Virus record (IMG/VR): IMGVR_UViG_3300033571_022960
Location: 1 to 64,000 of that record
Length of the DNA: 64,000 nucleotides
Source: a virus
Strand: one strand, 5' to 3'
Shown here: positions 29,492-38,356 of the stretch, one piece after another
Position numbering within the stretch: position 1 is the stretch's first letter
How the letters are laid out: every line of letters starts with the position of its first letter
The notes under the pieces: generated by a model
Seen by the model: the letters and a program-made list of their open reading frames with translations, nothing else
The model's database searches: none
What the model was told of the DNA's origin: nothing
Position numbers and translations under genes: made by a program

Positions 29492-31936
29492 TTAAACATT
29501 TGCAAAAAATGCACCATTTTGTGTGATATTAAATGTTACATTTATTACTTCTAATGCTCTTGTAGGTCTAATGTATATTTGACCATTTAATTCATTAGTA
29601 TCTAATGCTTCAGGAGAATCATCCAATATAACTCTGAAATCTAATAAACCTCTTTGACGTTTAATATCTTCAAGAATAGGATTTACTTGAGATAAGAATT
29701 GATTTCTTACAACAATATCATTTTGTTCAAATAACAATCTTTGACCAACTGCAGAAATTAAAACCCTTGCCCTTAATAACAATCTACGAACATTAATTCT
29801 ATCTAGTGCAGATTCTCTAACTTGTAAAGTTTTTTGTCCATAAATAGTTACATTAGTGTCAGTAAATGTTGCAATTGGATTAATTCTTGCTGCATATAAC
29901 TCATCTCTTTGTGCTTGAGTTAATTTAATTCTTGCTCTAACTGCATTTGTAACACCACGATTTTTACCTGCTGGACTAAACCAGGGTGCAGAAATTTTAT
30001 CAGTTAATGCCATTGTTCTCATTACTGCAACAGTAGGTGGTAAATAAATATTTACACCATTTTCAACATCTCTCCATTGTATCCAGGGGAAATAAGTTGC
30101 AACATAAGAAGAATCCAAATCTGTATTGTTTAAAATATCTATTGCTTCTTCTATATCTGCATCTGGATTAGTCACTACACCACCATTAACATCAGGTGCA
30201 GTAACAACATATAAACAATCACCCCTACCATTACCTTGACTATCACCCTCAACCATAGAAACAGTTTCATTTACAAGTGCAGATTCATTAAAATAATCTA
30301 AACCTGGGGTTGCCAATAAATTAATAGATGTAGATTCAGGATTAGAAAATTCTAAAATACCATTTAAAAATGCATAGTAATCAGAATTACCACCGTTTTC
30401 TACATTAGATAATGTTATTTCATCAAAACCACCAAAATTAGAACCACCAACACGATAAGTATCACCTTTAGTTCTATTATTTTGATACACATCCCAACCA
30501 TCAAATCCACCTGCAACAGTTAAAGTAAATTTTCTTAAACGTTTATTGGTAAAAATATTATTTGGGTCATTTATATCAGTAACATCTTTAAGACTATAAT
30601 CAGTTGTTTGGAAAGTAACAGAAGTTTCACCATCTACTGTTGAAACTGTTGCATCAACATCCATGTGGAATGCGTCAGTTGTTACAGTCCATTCATCACC
30701 ATTACTTTGTAAACCTTTAAAATCAAAGAAATCTTGGTCTAAACCTCTTCTATCAGTTAAACCAAAATACCATTTAGATGGTTGTAAAGGTGGTGTATAT
30801 TCTGTTAAATATTTAATTTTCGGTCTTGTTAAAGAATTGTATTGTCTTTGTTTAAAACCTAAGAAACCACATGCAAATGCATCATTAGGATGTTCAGTAT
30901 TCATTTCTAATGTAATATAAGAAGATTTTTGTTGAAATTCACCATCCAATGTACCAATTCTTTTTGCAATGTAACTTGGTTGTGTTCTATTCATGGAACA
31001 TCTTCTAAATGTTTCTAATACACTTATTGAATTATCTGTGTCATTAAAATTACGTACTATGACATCAAACTCTTTTAATTCTGGGTCAATATTTTCAATA
31101 GTTATTTTTATTTCTTTATTTGCATTATCTCCATCAGAAATGGAAATAAATTTAAATAATTTAAATATTTCAGAACCACGTACTTCTGATAATATCCAGG
31201 GTGATTCTGGAGTTCTCCATTGTGTTTTATAATTACTGATAGTAGAAATAGAACTTAAAGAAGATACTGTTAAACCACTAATAAAACCAGATGCATTAAA
31301 ATAAGATAATGATTCAGGATAAATTTCTTCTACCCAAAGTGCAGTATTTTTACCTTTTGGTGTATCACCTAATACATTTACAATATATGAACTTGAATCC
31401 TTATCTAATGATACTTGATATGTTTTTTGTCCATCAACTGTATTTGCAACTAATTGAAAATCATTTAAAACATTTGTTGTTACACCACTAAATGTTGAAC
31501 CTGTTACATTTATTGTTAAACTTGTTGTATAACAAATACTAGGTGAAGTTAATCTACGACTTCTTAAAACTGCAACCACTTGATTATTATAACCAGTAAC
31601 ACCTGATACACTAATAACCCAACCATCACATGTTTCTTCATAACCTGAATAACCTAAAACCCTTACTACAAAAAGTTGATTTGATTCTGCCAAATATTCT
31701 CTGGCAATATAAGGTAATTCATATCTTGGTCTGCCATCACCATATTTTTCTGTGTTTTGACCACCAAAAAGTGTTTGAAATTGACCGTAGTTTTCAACAA
31801 ATATTGGTTCAAATGCAGGACCTTTAACAGTTTCACCTACTAAACCTAAAGTGGTTACACCAATATTTCTTGTTACAAAAGATAAGTCATTTTCTTTGAA
31901 ATAAACCCCTGGGGATACTTTAATTAAATTTGCCAT
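29492..31936 (-). CDS. Tail sheath protein (T4 gp18-like)
   Basis: SPGVYFKENDLS, VGETVKGP, LLATPG, YFPWI, PWFSPAG, RINPI, IYGQKTLQ...RINVRRLL. Confidence 0.95.
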   Translation of the reverse strand: MANLIKVSPGVYFKENDLSFVTRNIGVTTLGLVGETVKGPAFEPIFVENYGQFQTLFGGQNTEKYGDGRPRYELPYIAREYLAESNQLFVVRVLGYSGYEETCDGWVISVSGVTGYNNQVVAVLRSRRLTSPSICYTTSLTINVTGSTFSGVTTNVLNDFQLVANTVDGQKTYQVSLDKDSSSYIVNVLGDTPKGKNTALWVEEIYPESLSYFNASGFISGLTVSSLSSISTISNYKTQWRTPESPWILSEVRGSEIFKLFKFISISDGDNANKEIKITIENIDPELKEFDVIVRNFNDTDNSISVLETFRRCSMNRTQPSYIAKRIGTLDGEFQQKSSYITLEMNTEHPNDAFACGFLGFKQRQYNSLTRPKIKYLTEYTPPLQPSKWYFGLTDRRGLDQDFFDFKGLQSNGDEWTVTTDAFHMDVDATVSTVDGETSVTFQTTDYSLKDVTDINDPNNIFTNKRLRKFTLTVAGGFDGWDVYQNNRTKGDTYRVGGSNFGGFDEITLSNVENGGNSDYYAFLNGILEFSNPESTSINLLATPGLDYFNESALVNETVSMVEGDSQGNGRGDCLYVVTAPDVNGGVVTNPDADIEEAIDILNNTDLDSSYVATYFPWIQWRDVENGVNIYLPPTVAVMRTMALTDKISAPWFSPAGKNRGVTNAVRARIKLTQAQRDELYAARINPIATFTDTNVTIYGQKTLQVRESALDRINVRRLLLRARVLISAVGQRLLFEQNDIVVRNQFLSQVNPILEDIKRQRGLLDFRVILDDSPEALDTNELNGQIYIRPTRALEVINVTFNITQNGAFFANV

Positions 31937-31954
31937 ATTTTTTTTATTTATCTA

Positions 31955-31986
31955 ATAAATATCTTAAATTTATGCAAAATATTTAT
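31955..31986. promoter_or_regulatory. Divergent ATATTTAT motifs
   Basis: Minus copy 31955-31962 before the sheath gene; plus copy 31979-31986 before 32001. Confidence 0.55.
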
Positions 31987-32000
31987 ATAATAAAAAAAAT

Positions 32001-32597
32001 ATGAAATTTATTGTAAACAAAAATGAAATTACAGGAAATACCATTAATTTTAAATTCCCACTAAAAAGAAAAACAAATAATTTAGGACTTTACTCAACAA
32101 TTGAAGGAACTATTGTTTTTACAGAATTAATAAAAATAAGTGAATATTTTAAAAATGAATGGTTAATTAATGACACCACAAAAGATGTAACAGGAACAAC
32201 TGTAAATAAATTATCAGATGTTAAAGGATATGATATTAATAACCCTTATAAAATAGGTATAATTGGAGATAAAGAAATTGTATCCATTAATAATGGTATT
32301 GTGAAATATAAATTTATTGCAGATGATTCAAATCAATCAATTATATATGAAACTGATTTAAACACTTTGTTTACCGAATTTATGTTTAAAACTTATGGAT
32401 TAAGTGTTAGTTTTAATAATCCACCGCAGTTAACAACTGGTAATAGTTTATTAAGTGGTATTGTAATGGAGGATAAAAATATTGGTTTTGTTGAAAAACC
32501 TTTAATAAAGGGTAATGTTAATATAGAAAGGGGTAAAACAAAACCTTATGAAAAACATTTTGATATGCGTAAAATAAGTAAAATAAGTGATTTTTAG
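32001..32597 (+). CDS. Probable virion protein, function unknown
   Basis: 198 aa, follows ATATTTAT. Confidence 0.65.
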   Translation: MKFIVNKNEITGNTINFKFPLKRKTNNLGLYSTIEGTIVFTELIKISEYFKNEWLINDTTKDVTGTTVNKLSDVKGYDINNPYKIGIIGDKEIVSINNGIVKYKFIADDSNQSIIYETDLNTLFTEFMFKTYGLSVSFNNPPQLTTGNSLLSGIVMEDKNIGFVEKPLIKGNVNIERGKTKPYEKHFDMRKISKISDF

Positions 32598-33148
32598 AGT
32601 TTAAATTTAACAATTCTTTTTGGGTTATCCAAATCTTCAAAATCAAATTCAGACCAAGAAAATATTAAGTTTTCCATTTGTCTTGTTTTTATATTTATCA
32701 ATACAAATTTAATTCCTTCGGTTGTTTTTGAGAATTTGTCTATTTCGTAATTATTTTTTATAAAAGTTCTTTCTTCACGATTAAAATTTAATTTTGTAAT
32801 TAAATCAAATCCAAACAAATATCTCTTAGAACCATAAGGGTCTATAAACTCTTCATTAACAATAACAAAAAAATTAGTATATTCAGTATTTTCTCTTATT
32901 AAAACCAAATTACCAAATAAAAATACAAATTTATGTTCTGTTGGGTGTTTTAGAATAAAAAAATCATTTACACCTTCCCAATAACAATTTATTTCACCAA
33001 TTTTCTCAAAAATAAATTTTATTTTTTTGATATACCTTTCATCAAAGTAATCTTCTTTTTTCTGAACCCATCCAGAAAAATAATCAAAAGTAAATTTGTT
33101 TTTATCTTCTATTTTAACTTCTTTAATTTCTTCTATTTGCCAGAACAT
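32594..33148 (-). CDS. Hypothetical protein, MFWQIEE leader
   Basis: First 37 nt are 34/37 identical to the gene at 1671. Confidence 0.7.
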   Translation of the reverse strand: MFWQIEEIKEVKIEDKNKFTFDYFSGWVQKKEDYFDERYIKKIKFIFEKIGEINCYWEGVNDFFILKHPTEHKFVFLFGNLVLIRENTEYTNFFVIVNEEFIDPYGSKRYLFGFDLITKLNFNREERTFIKNNYEIDKFSKTTEGIKFVLINIKTRQMENLIFSWSEFDFEDLDNPKRIVKFKL

Positions 33149-33660
33149 ATATTCTCTATTTTTTTATAGACTTCTTCGGTAAAAAACGGTAAAAAGTCGA
33201 ATGTTTTATAACAAAGAAAAATTGGGAATTGTGATTTTGTTGAAAAATAAATTCCTTCTTTTGTTTTTTCAATACCAACAATATCAATACCACAACTTTT
33301 CAATAAAATGTTTAATAAATGAGATTCCATCATAAAAAAATTAGATATGATTAACATTTTTTTGGTGTGATAATATTTTGTAATATCTAAGTTATTATTA
33401 GTTATTTCAATTTTATCAAAAAAAGTATAACCTTTTTTAGATTTATGTAAAGTAATTATATCTTCTTCATCATAGTAAATAAACCTATCTTCTTTTTCTT
33501 CAAAATATGTATGAACACCAGTATAAAAATTTGATATATACGTGAATAAAATATAACCAAGATAAAGGTTATCTTCAAAATTAATTGAAGAATTAAAAGA
33601 TTTAGGTTTAGAAGGAACAGGTATTTTTTTTTCTTCTATTTTTTCTATTATCCAAAACAT
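33133..33660 (-). CDS. Hypothetical protein, MFW leader
   Basis: MFWIIEKIEEKK at 33660. Confidence 0.65.
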   Translation of the reverse strand: MFWIIEKIEEKKIPVPSKPKSFNSSINFEDNLYLGYILFTYISNFYTGVHTYFEEKEDRFIYYDEEDIITLHKSKKGYTFFDKIEITNNNLDITKYYHTKKMLIISNFFMMESHLLNILLKSCGIDIVGIEKTKEGIYFSTKSQFPIFLCYKTFDFLPFFTEEVYKKIENICSGK

Positions 33661-33746
33661 ATTTTTAAATTTAAAGAAAAAAAATGACATTTTCAACTTT
33701 ATTTTTAAAAAATATTGTTTATTATTATTAAAAAAATAAAAAACTT

Positions 33747-34151
33747 ATGAAATTTGAAGAAATCTTTAACGAAACAGACAATCTTTTTAAGGAAGTATTA
33801 GAAAAAACATCAATACCAAAATTTGTGAAATTTAAGGTTGTTGGATGTCAAGAACAAAAAGAAATTTATAAATTATCAAAAACAAATCCTTTAGTACACT
33901 ATATTACTGGAATTGATATTTTAATTACTTTAAATGAGGATATTTTTTCACAACTTAATGATTTGCAACAAAAGGTTGTATTACAAGAATGTCTTGCACA
34001 AGTATATTATGATATGGATAACGATAAATTAAAATTATTAAAACCTGATGTTAGTACTTTTTCTAGAATATTGGAACAATATGGTGTTAAAGAATACATG
34101 GAATTAAAAGAAGTTATTTCTGCTATTCAGAATCAGAAGGAGGAAAAATAG
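33747..34151 (+). CDS. Phage metallopeptidase-like fold, HExxH apparently lost
   Basis: ILITLNEDIF...QQKVVLQECLAQV...KPDVSTFSRILEQYG. Confidence 0.5.
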   Translation: MKFEEIFNETDNLFKEVLEKTSIPKFVKFKVVGCQEQKEIYKLSKTNPLVHYITGIDILITLNEDIFSQLNDLQQKVVLQECLAQVYYDMDNDKLKLLKPDVSTFSRILEQYGVKEYMELKEVISAIQNQKEEK

Positions 34152-34192
34152 TATCTTGAATAGATATGAAAAATATAGAATTTAGAGAACTG

Positions 34193-34210
34193 ATACACCT
34201 TGTTAGGTGC
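34193..34210 (+). mobile_element. Right half of an attC-like site (arm-TT-GTTAGGT)
   Basis: ATACACC-TT-GTTAGGTGC has the same arm end as the 34612 site; no left arm found. Confidence 0.6.
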
Positions 34211-34235
34211 AGTAAATTTTTAAAAGAAAAACAAA

Positions 34236-34361
34236 ATGGGCAGAAAATTAACAAGTTATAATGGTGAAGATTGTATCTATACACCAAGAGAAATGGCAAA
34301 GGCTATTGTAGAAAAGTTAAATCCACAAGGAATTATATTAGAACCTTTTAATCGGAATTAA
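34236..34361 (+). pseudogene. Truncated DNA methyltransferase fragment
   Basis: 41 aa MGRKLTSYNGEDCIYTPREMAKAIVEKLNPQGIILEPF, stopping inside the SAM-binding motif. Confidence 0.6.
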
Positions 34362-34372
34362 AATTTAATAAA

Positions 34373-34609
34373 ATGAGAAAATACAGAATTAGAGAAGAAA
34401 AGTTTGAAGATGGTAGAAGTGAATTTATACCTCAATTTGAAGAAGATGGTCAATTTCATGATTTCTTTTATTTATCAGGATTAAATAAAGATAGACCACC
34501 AATGATTTCAAGACGTTTTAAAACTTTTGAGGGTGCGAAGAGTGAAATTGACAACGATAAGTTAAAATCAATGAAACCAATTGAGGTAAAAATTCACGAT
34601 GTAGATTAA
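34373..34609 (+). CDS. Cassette-borne hypothetical protein
   Basis: 78 aa; stop lies 2 nt before the attC-like site. Confidence 0.7.
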   Translation: MRKYRIREEKFEDGRSEFIPQFEEDGQFHDFFYLSGLNKDRPPMISRRFKTFEGAKSEIDNDKLKSMKPIEVKIHDVD

Positions 34610-34611
34610 AT

Positions 34612-34712
34612 TGTGTATAACGGATGGGTGTATGAGAAGGTTTGCTTAGATGAACTTTCAAATTAACTACAACTGATGATAGCAAACTTTCTTATACACC
34701 TTGTTATACACA
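34612..34712. mobile_element. attC-like site 1
   Basis: TGTGTATAAC-GGATG-20 nt arm (34627-34646)...arm (34681-34700)-TT-GTTATACACA. Confidence 0.8.
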
Positions 34713-34773
34713 GTACGGTTTATTAAGGTAGAATGTTGATACGAAGAAAGAATAAAACTTTTTAAAAATGTGA

Positions 34774-34781
34774 ATATTTAT
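34774..34781 (+). promoter_or_regulatory. ATATTTAT motif inside cassette A
   Basis: 23 nt upstream of 34805. Confidence 0.5.
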
Positions 34782-34804
34782 ATATAAAATAAAAACATAA
34801 AACT

Positions 34805-35143
34805 ATGAGTACAGAAATAAGACAAATGATTGATAAGGTTAAAAATTTTAAACAATTTCTTAATGAACAACGTGATGTTTCATTAAGAAATGATATATGT
34901 AAAATAATTGATGAATTTACAAATAAATATGGTAAAACATTAGCGGCACATTCTCATATTAAACGTGTTGAAAATGATGCGTTAGGAATACTTGCTGAAA
35001 AAATAGATAATTTTTTGAATTACGGTGATTATAGAAAAATATGGTCAATCTTAAATGATTTCACAAAAAATGATGCACTATTTGATGATAATAATATGGG
35101 ATTAAGTGAAACTATATTAGATAAATTAAACTTGGGTAGATAA
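34805..35143 (+). CDS. Cassette A protein with head-cargo-type leader
   Basis: MSTEIRQMIDKVKNFKQFLNE|QRD..., 112 aa. Confidence 0.75.
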   Translation: MSTEIRQMIDKVKNFKQFLNEQRDVSLRNDICKIIDEFTNKYGKTLAAHSHIKRVENDALGILAEKIDNFLNYGDYRKIWSILNDFTKNDALFDDNNMGLSETILDKLNLGR

Positions 35144-35194
35144 TTTTTAAAAAGTTTTTATCACAAATGTTAAATCGAAGTACTTTGGTAGCAT

Positions 35195-35253
35195 TGTGTA
35201 TAACGGCTGCAAATAAAACATCGTTTTAATGTGTTTTATTTGTTGTTATAAGT
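35195..35253. mobile_element. attC-like site 2
   Basis: TGTGTATAAC-GGCTG-CAAATAAAACA...TGTTTTATTTG-TT-GTTATAAGT. Confidence 0.8.
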
Positions 35254-35290
35254 TGTATTATTTTTGTTTTACCTTATAAAAAATTAAATT

Positions 35291-35566
35291 ATGGAAAAAA
35301 TTGTAGAAAAAAAGAAATTATCTTGGAATATTGAACGTACAGAGCTTCAAGGATTCAATTGTAAATACAATTATAAATTTTCAACACCACAATGGTTAGA
35401 AAGTGTTGATAATCCAGAGTATTTTGGGATTTCACACAATGATATGAAAGAAAAAGTTATTGAAAATTTAGTTAGTGAATTTAGAATAGCGTTAAACAAT
35501 GTTATATTTGGAGACCCTGCTGGTAGAGAATATGTGGAACATTTAGAAAATTCAAAACAAAAATAA
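35291..35566 (+). CDS. Cassette B hypothetical protein
   Basis: 91 aa between sites 2 and 3. Confidence 0.75.
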   Translation: MEKIVEKKKLSWNIERTELQGFNCKYNYKFSTPQWLESVDNPEYFGISHNDMKEKVIENLVSEFRIALNNVIFGDPAGREYVEHLENSKQK

Positions 35567-35570
35567 TATT

Positions 35571-35667
35571 ACTTATAACGCTTGGCAATATATGTAGTTG
35601 CCTTGTAGGAATTTAAAAATTAGTATAAACCTTAATAGGCAATTACATATATTGCTTGTTAGCAAAC
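35571..35667. mobile_element. attC-like site 3
   Basis: ACTTATAAC-GCTTG-19 nt arm (35585-35603)...arm (35637-35655)-TT-GTTAGCAAAC. Confidence 0.8.
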
Positions 35668-35675
35668 GTTCCTTT

Positions 35676-35963
35676 ATGAGTGAGATTATTAAAAAGTTAG
35701 AAGAAAATCAGTTTCAAACTGTTAAAAAATCAAATGTAAAATGTCCAATATGTGATGGTGATTTATACACTGTTGATAATTGGATGATGGTAGTTATGGA
35801 TGGTAATACTGTTTATCATTGTGAAAATGTTGAAGAACATAAATTTTGGAATCATCCGTTTGAAGATAATAACATTTTACATTTGAATAAAAATGCAAGT
35901 GAAACTGATTGGACAACAGAGCAAGATTATAAGTTGGTAGATGGTTCTTGGAATGTTTGCTAA
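35676..35963 (+). CDS. Cassette C protein, Zn-ribbon-like (CPIC...C..H)
   Basis: ATG 8 nt after the GTT core; stop TAA lies inside the inverse core GTTTGCTAAC (35955-35964). Confidence 0.75.
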   Translation: MSEIIKKLEENQFQTVKKSNVKCPICDGDLYTVDNWMMVVMDGNTVYHCENVEEHKFWNHPFEDNNILHLNKNASETDWTTEQDYKLVDGSWNVC

Positions 35964-36084
35964 CTATTGTATATATCTAACTACCCATAACTAATTGATT
36001 TTCAATATGAAAGAAACTAACTATTACGAAATTTGATTTTCTAAGGAATTATTCTTATATTTAAATATCTTACTTATTATTGGA

Positions 36085-36092
36085 ATATTTAT
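36085..36092 (+). promoter_or_regulatory. ATATTTAT motif
   Basis: 18 nt upstream of 36111. Confidence 0.5.
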
Positions 36093-36110
36093 AATAAACC
36101 ATTATCCAAA

Positions 36111-36641
36111 ATGAGTAAATTATTTGAAACCTTAAAAATTAAAAAACTCATGGGAATCATACTAGAAAATGAGGAACTTGATAGATTGTTGGATAAAATA
36201 TCTGAATTAGGTATGGAATCATTATCTAATGAAGAAAAAAAATATCTTTATTCATTAAATAATCCTGATGAAGAAAAAGAAGAATTTAATTTTGAAGAAG
36301 ATAAGTATATAGAAAATCATTATAATGATACAATTTCTTTAATGAAACAACTGGGTTATAATAAAGATAATTGGAATCTTTCAATAGAAAAAGATGATAA
36401 AGGTAGGGAAATACCAATATTTTCATCAGTTACAGAAAAAATAATAATTGCACCTTATTGGAATAATAAAAAAATGATTTTAGTATCATCTTTTGATAAA
36501 AGATATTATTTTACAGAACCTATGGGTGTTAATTTGGAAACAATAGGTGATTTAAAGGGTTGGATTATAACAGAATTTTTTGATTCACTTGTTCCTGAAT
36601 TAATAGATAGATTTGAGGAAAGATTTTACGTTAGAGTTTAG
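36111..36641 (+). CDS. Hypothetical protein with head-cargo-type leader
   Basis: MSKLFETLKIKKLMGIILE|NEELDRLLDKISELGMESLS. Confidence 0.7.
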   Translation: MSKLFETLKIKKLMGIILENEELDRLLDKISELGMESLSNEEKKYLYSLNNPDEEKEEFNFEEDKYIENHYNDTISLMKQLGYNKDNWNLSIEKDDKGREIPIFSSVTEKIIIAPYWNNKKMILVSSFDKRYYFTEPMGVNLETIGDLKGWIITEFFDSLVPELIDRFEERFYVRV

Positions 36642-36644
36642 TTT

Positions 36645-37256
36645 ATGTTATCAAACGGTAAAAAAGTTTTATTAAAAATGGTTCAAGATAAGAATCTGTT
36701 AGAACAAAATTCTCAATATACAGATGAAGAAATAATGAATCTAAAATCAATATATTCTTTAGATAAAGATTTTTGCATATCAATTTTTAAAGAACTTTTT
36801 AATAATGAAACTGATAAAGAATCAATTAAACGTTTTCTTATAATTGATTTTGAAGAATCACTTAAAAATTTTATAAGTAAATTAAATAATCCTGGATATG
36901 AGGAAATATTTTTTATTTATTTGGAAGATAAAATAATTGGTTATTGCTCATTTTTTCCTTATAGATTCTCAAAAGATTGGAAATGGTCAAATGACCTTGA
37001 AATGGGTATTTTTATTAAAAATGAATATAGAGGTCAAGGAATTGGAGAAAGTGTCTTAAAACACCTTGAAAATGATTATATTAACCCTTTTTATTCTGAT
37101 TTAAATAAAAATATTAGAAGTGGGAAGAAATTAATTCTTGCACCAACATTCGATAATCCTTCGATTAAACTTTATGAACGTCTTGGATTTAAAAAAGTTG
37201 ATGATAAACAATATAATAATGATGGGTTATTTAGAATGGAAAAAATATTGGATTAA
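36645..37256 (+). CDS. GNAT family N-acetyltransferase
   Basis: IFIKNEYRGQGIG acetyl-CoA motif; NPSIKLYERLGF. Confidence 0.88.
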   Translation: MLSNGKKVLLKMVQDKNLLEQNSQYTDEEIMNLKSIYSLDKDFCISIFKELFNNETDKESIKRFLIIDFEESLKNFISKLNNPGYEEIFFIYLEDKIIGYCSFFPYRFSKDWKWSNDLEMGIFIKNEYRGQGIGESVLKHLENDYINPFYSDLNKNIRSGKKLILAPTFDNPSIKLYERLGFKKVDDKQYNNDGLFRMEKILD

Positions 37257-38356
37257 TTCCCCAACACCAATTTTACAAAGTCACCTTTGGTAATAGTTGG
37301 TTTTAAATGGTTTTCAACCATTTCTTTTATTTCCTTTTTTATTTCTTCTTTGGATTCATTTTTCCAAATTTCACCTCTTCTACACCTCACTATTGCACCA
37401 GAACGATATGCTGAGTTTTTATCATATTTTCTTTTTGCAATATTATAACACCTATCTTTTTTTCCTTCAACCAATTCTTCACCTTCCAAATTTCTTAATT
37501 CCTCAATACCCTTATCAGTCCATTCAACTTGTGTAACTGATGGTCTAAATAACCATTTCATTTTAACACCAAAATTAATAATATTATTTATTAATTTATC
37601 TTCATACCAAACAATAACATTTTTCTTACGAACCAAATTTCTTTCATATTCATCTACAATATCCATTGCAGTAGAAACATCTTCTATATCAAAAGAAAAA
37701 CTACCTTCCAACTGACCTTCTGGATTAACTGATAAATTTTCTTTTGTTAATTCAACTGGTATATCTTTTTGTAACATATCTTTAACTGCATCAACATTTT
37801 TTGTATCTTTTAAATCATCTGGTGTGACTTTTATTGATTGTTCAGTTTCTTCTATATTTTCACTCTTTTTACCCCAAGTTTCACCTTTACCTTTGGTTTT
37901 ACATGCAGAAGGTGTTGGTCTGCATGCAGGATATTTACTTCTTTTTTCACCTTCTTCTCTACCACAAGGTTTGCATTTTGTTTTTCCTTCTGAATCTTTT
38001 CTGCAAGTATTACAATCAACCCACCCTTTTGAACCATCACCACCTCTTCTTGAAAACCAACCATGTAATCCACTTTTCTTTTCTTTGGAATAATCTGTTT
38101 TTTCCTCAATTTTAGTTAATCTTGAATAATAATCTGGTAATTCATAAAGATGGTCAAGGGAAATTTCTTTTGCAATTTTTTCATCATTTGTGTGTTCCAA
38201 TTCAACCTTAATACCTTTATCCAATTGTTTTTCAATTTCTGAAACTGAAACCCCATGTTTTTTTGCAATATCCTCAATTGTTTTATTATCTGAAAGACCA
38301 CCTTTTATATTATTGGTTAATTTATCCAATTGTTCTTTTGTTAATTTGTATCTCAT
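37253..38356 (-). CDS. Multi-module putative head protein (DUF5661-like and Cys-rich modules)
   Basis: GIKVELEHT...IS LDHLYELPDYYSRL motif; CNTC..CKPC..CRP..C module; KKDRCY..SAYRSGAIVRCR module. Confidence 0.7.
   Translation of the reverse strand: MRYKLTKEQLDKLTNNIKGGLSDNKTIEDIAKKHGVSVSEIEKQLDKGIKVELEHTNDEKIAKEISLDHLYELPDYYSRLTKIEEKTDYSKEKKSGLHGWFSRRGGDGSKGWVDCNTCRKDSEGKTKCKPCGREEGEKRSKYPACRPTPSACKTKGKGETWGKKSENIEETEQSIKVTPDDLKDTKNVDAVKDMLQKDIPVELTKENLSVNPEGQLEGSFSFDIEDVSTAMDIVDEYERNLVRKKNVIVWYEDKLINNIINFGVKMKWLFRPSVTQVEWTDKGIEELRNLEGEELVEGKKDRCYNIAKRKYDKNSAYRSGAIVRCRRGEIWKNESKEEIKKEIKEMVENHLKPTITKGDFVKLVLGN

Noticed and set aside
35598-35675. N-terminal extension of the cassette C ORF
   Set aside because: It is the attC-like hairpin read in frame from a TTG; ATG 35676 is the better start.
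35965-36110. Complete fourth attC-like site
   Set aside because: The inverse core is present, but I found no complementary arm or TT-GTT end; treated as truncated.
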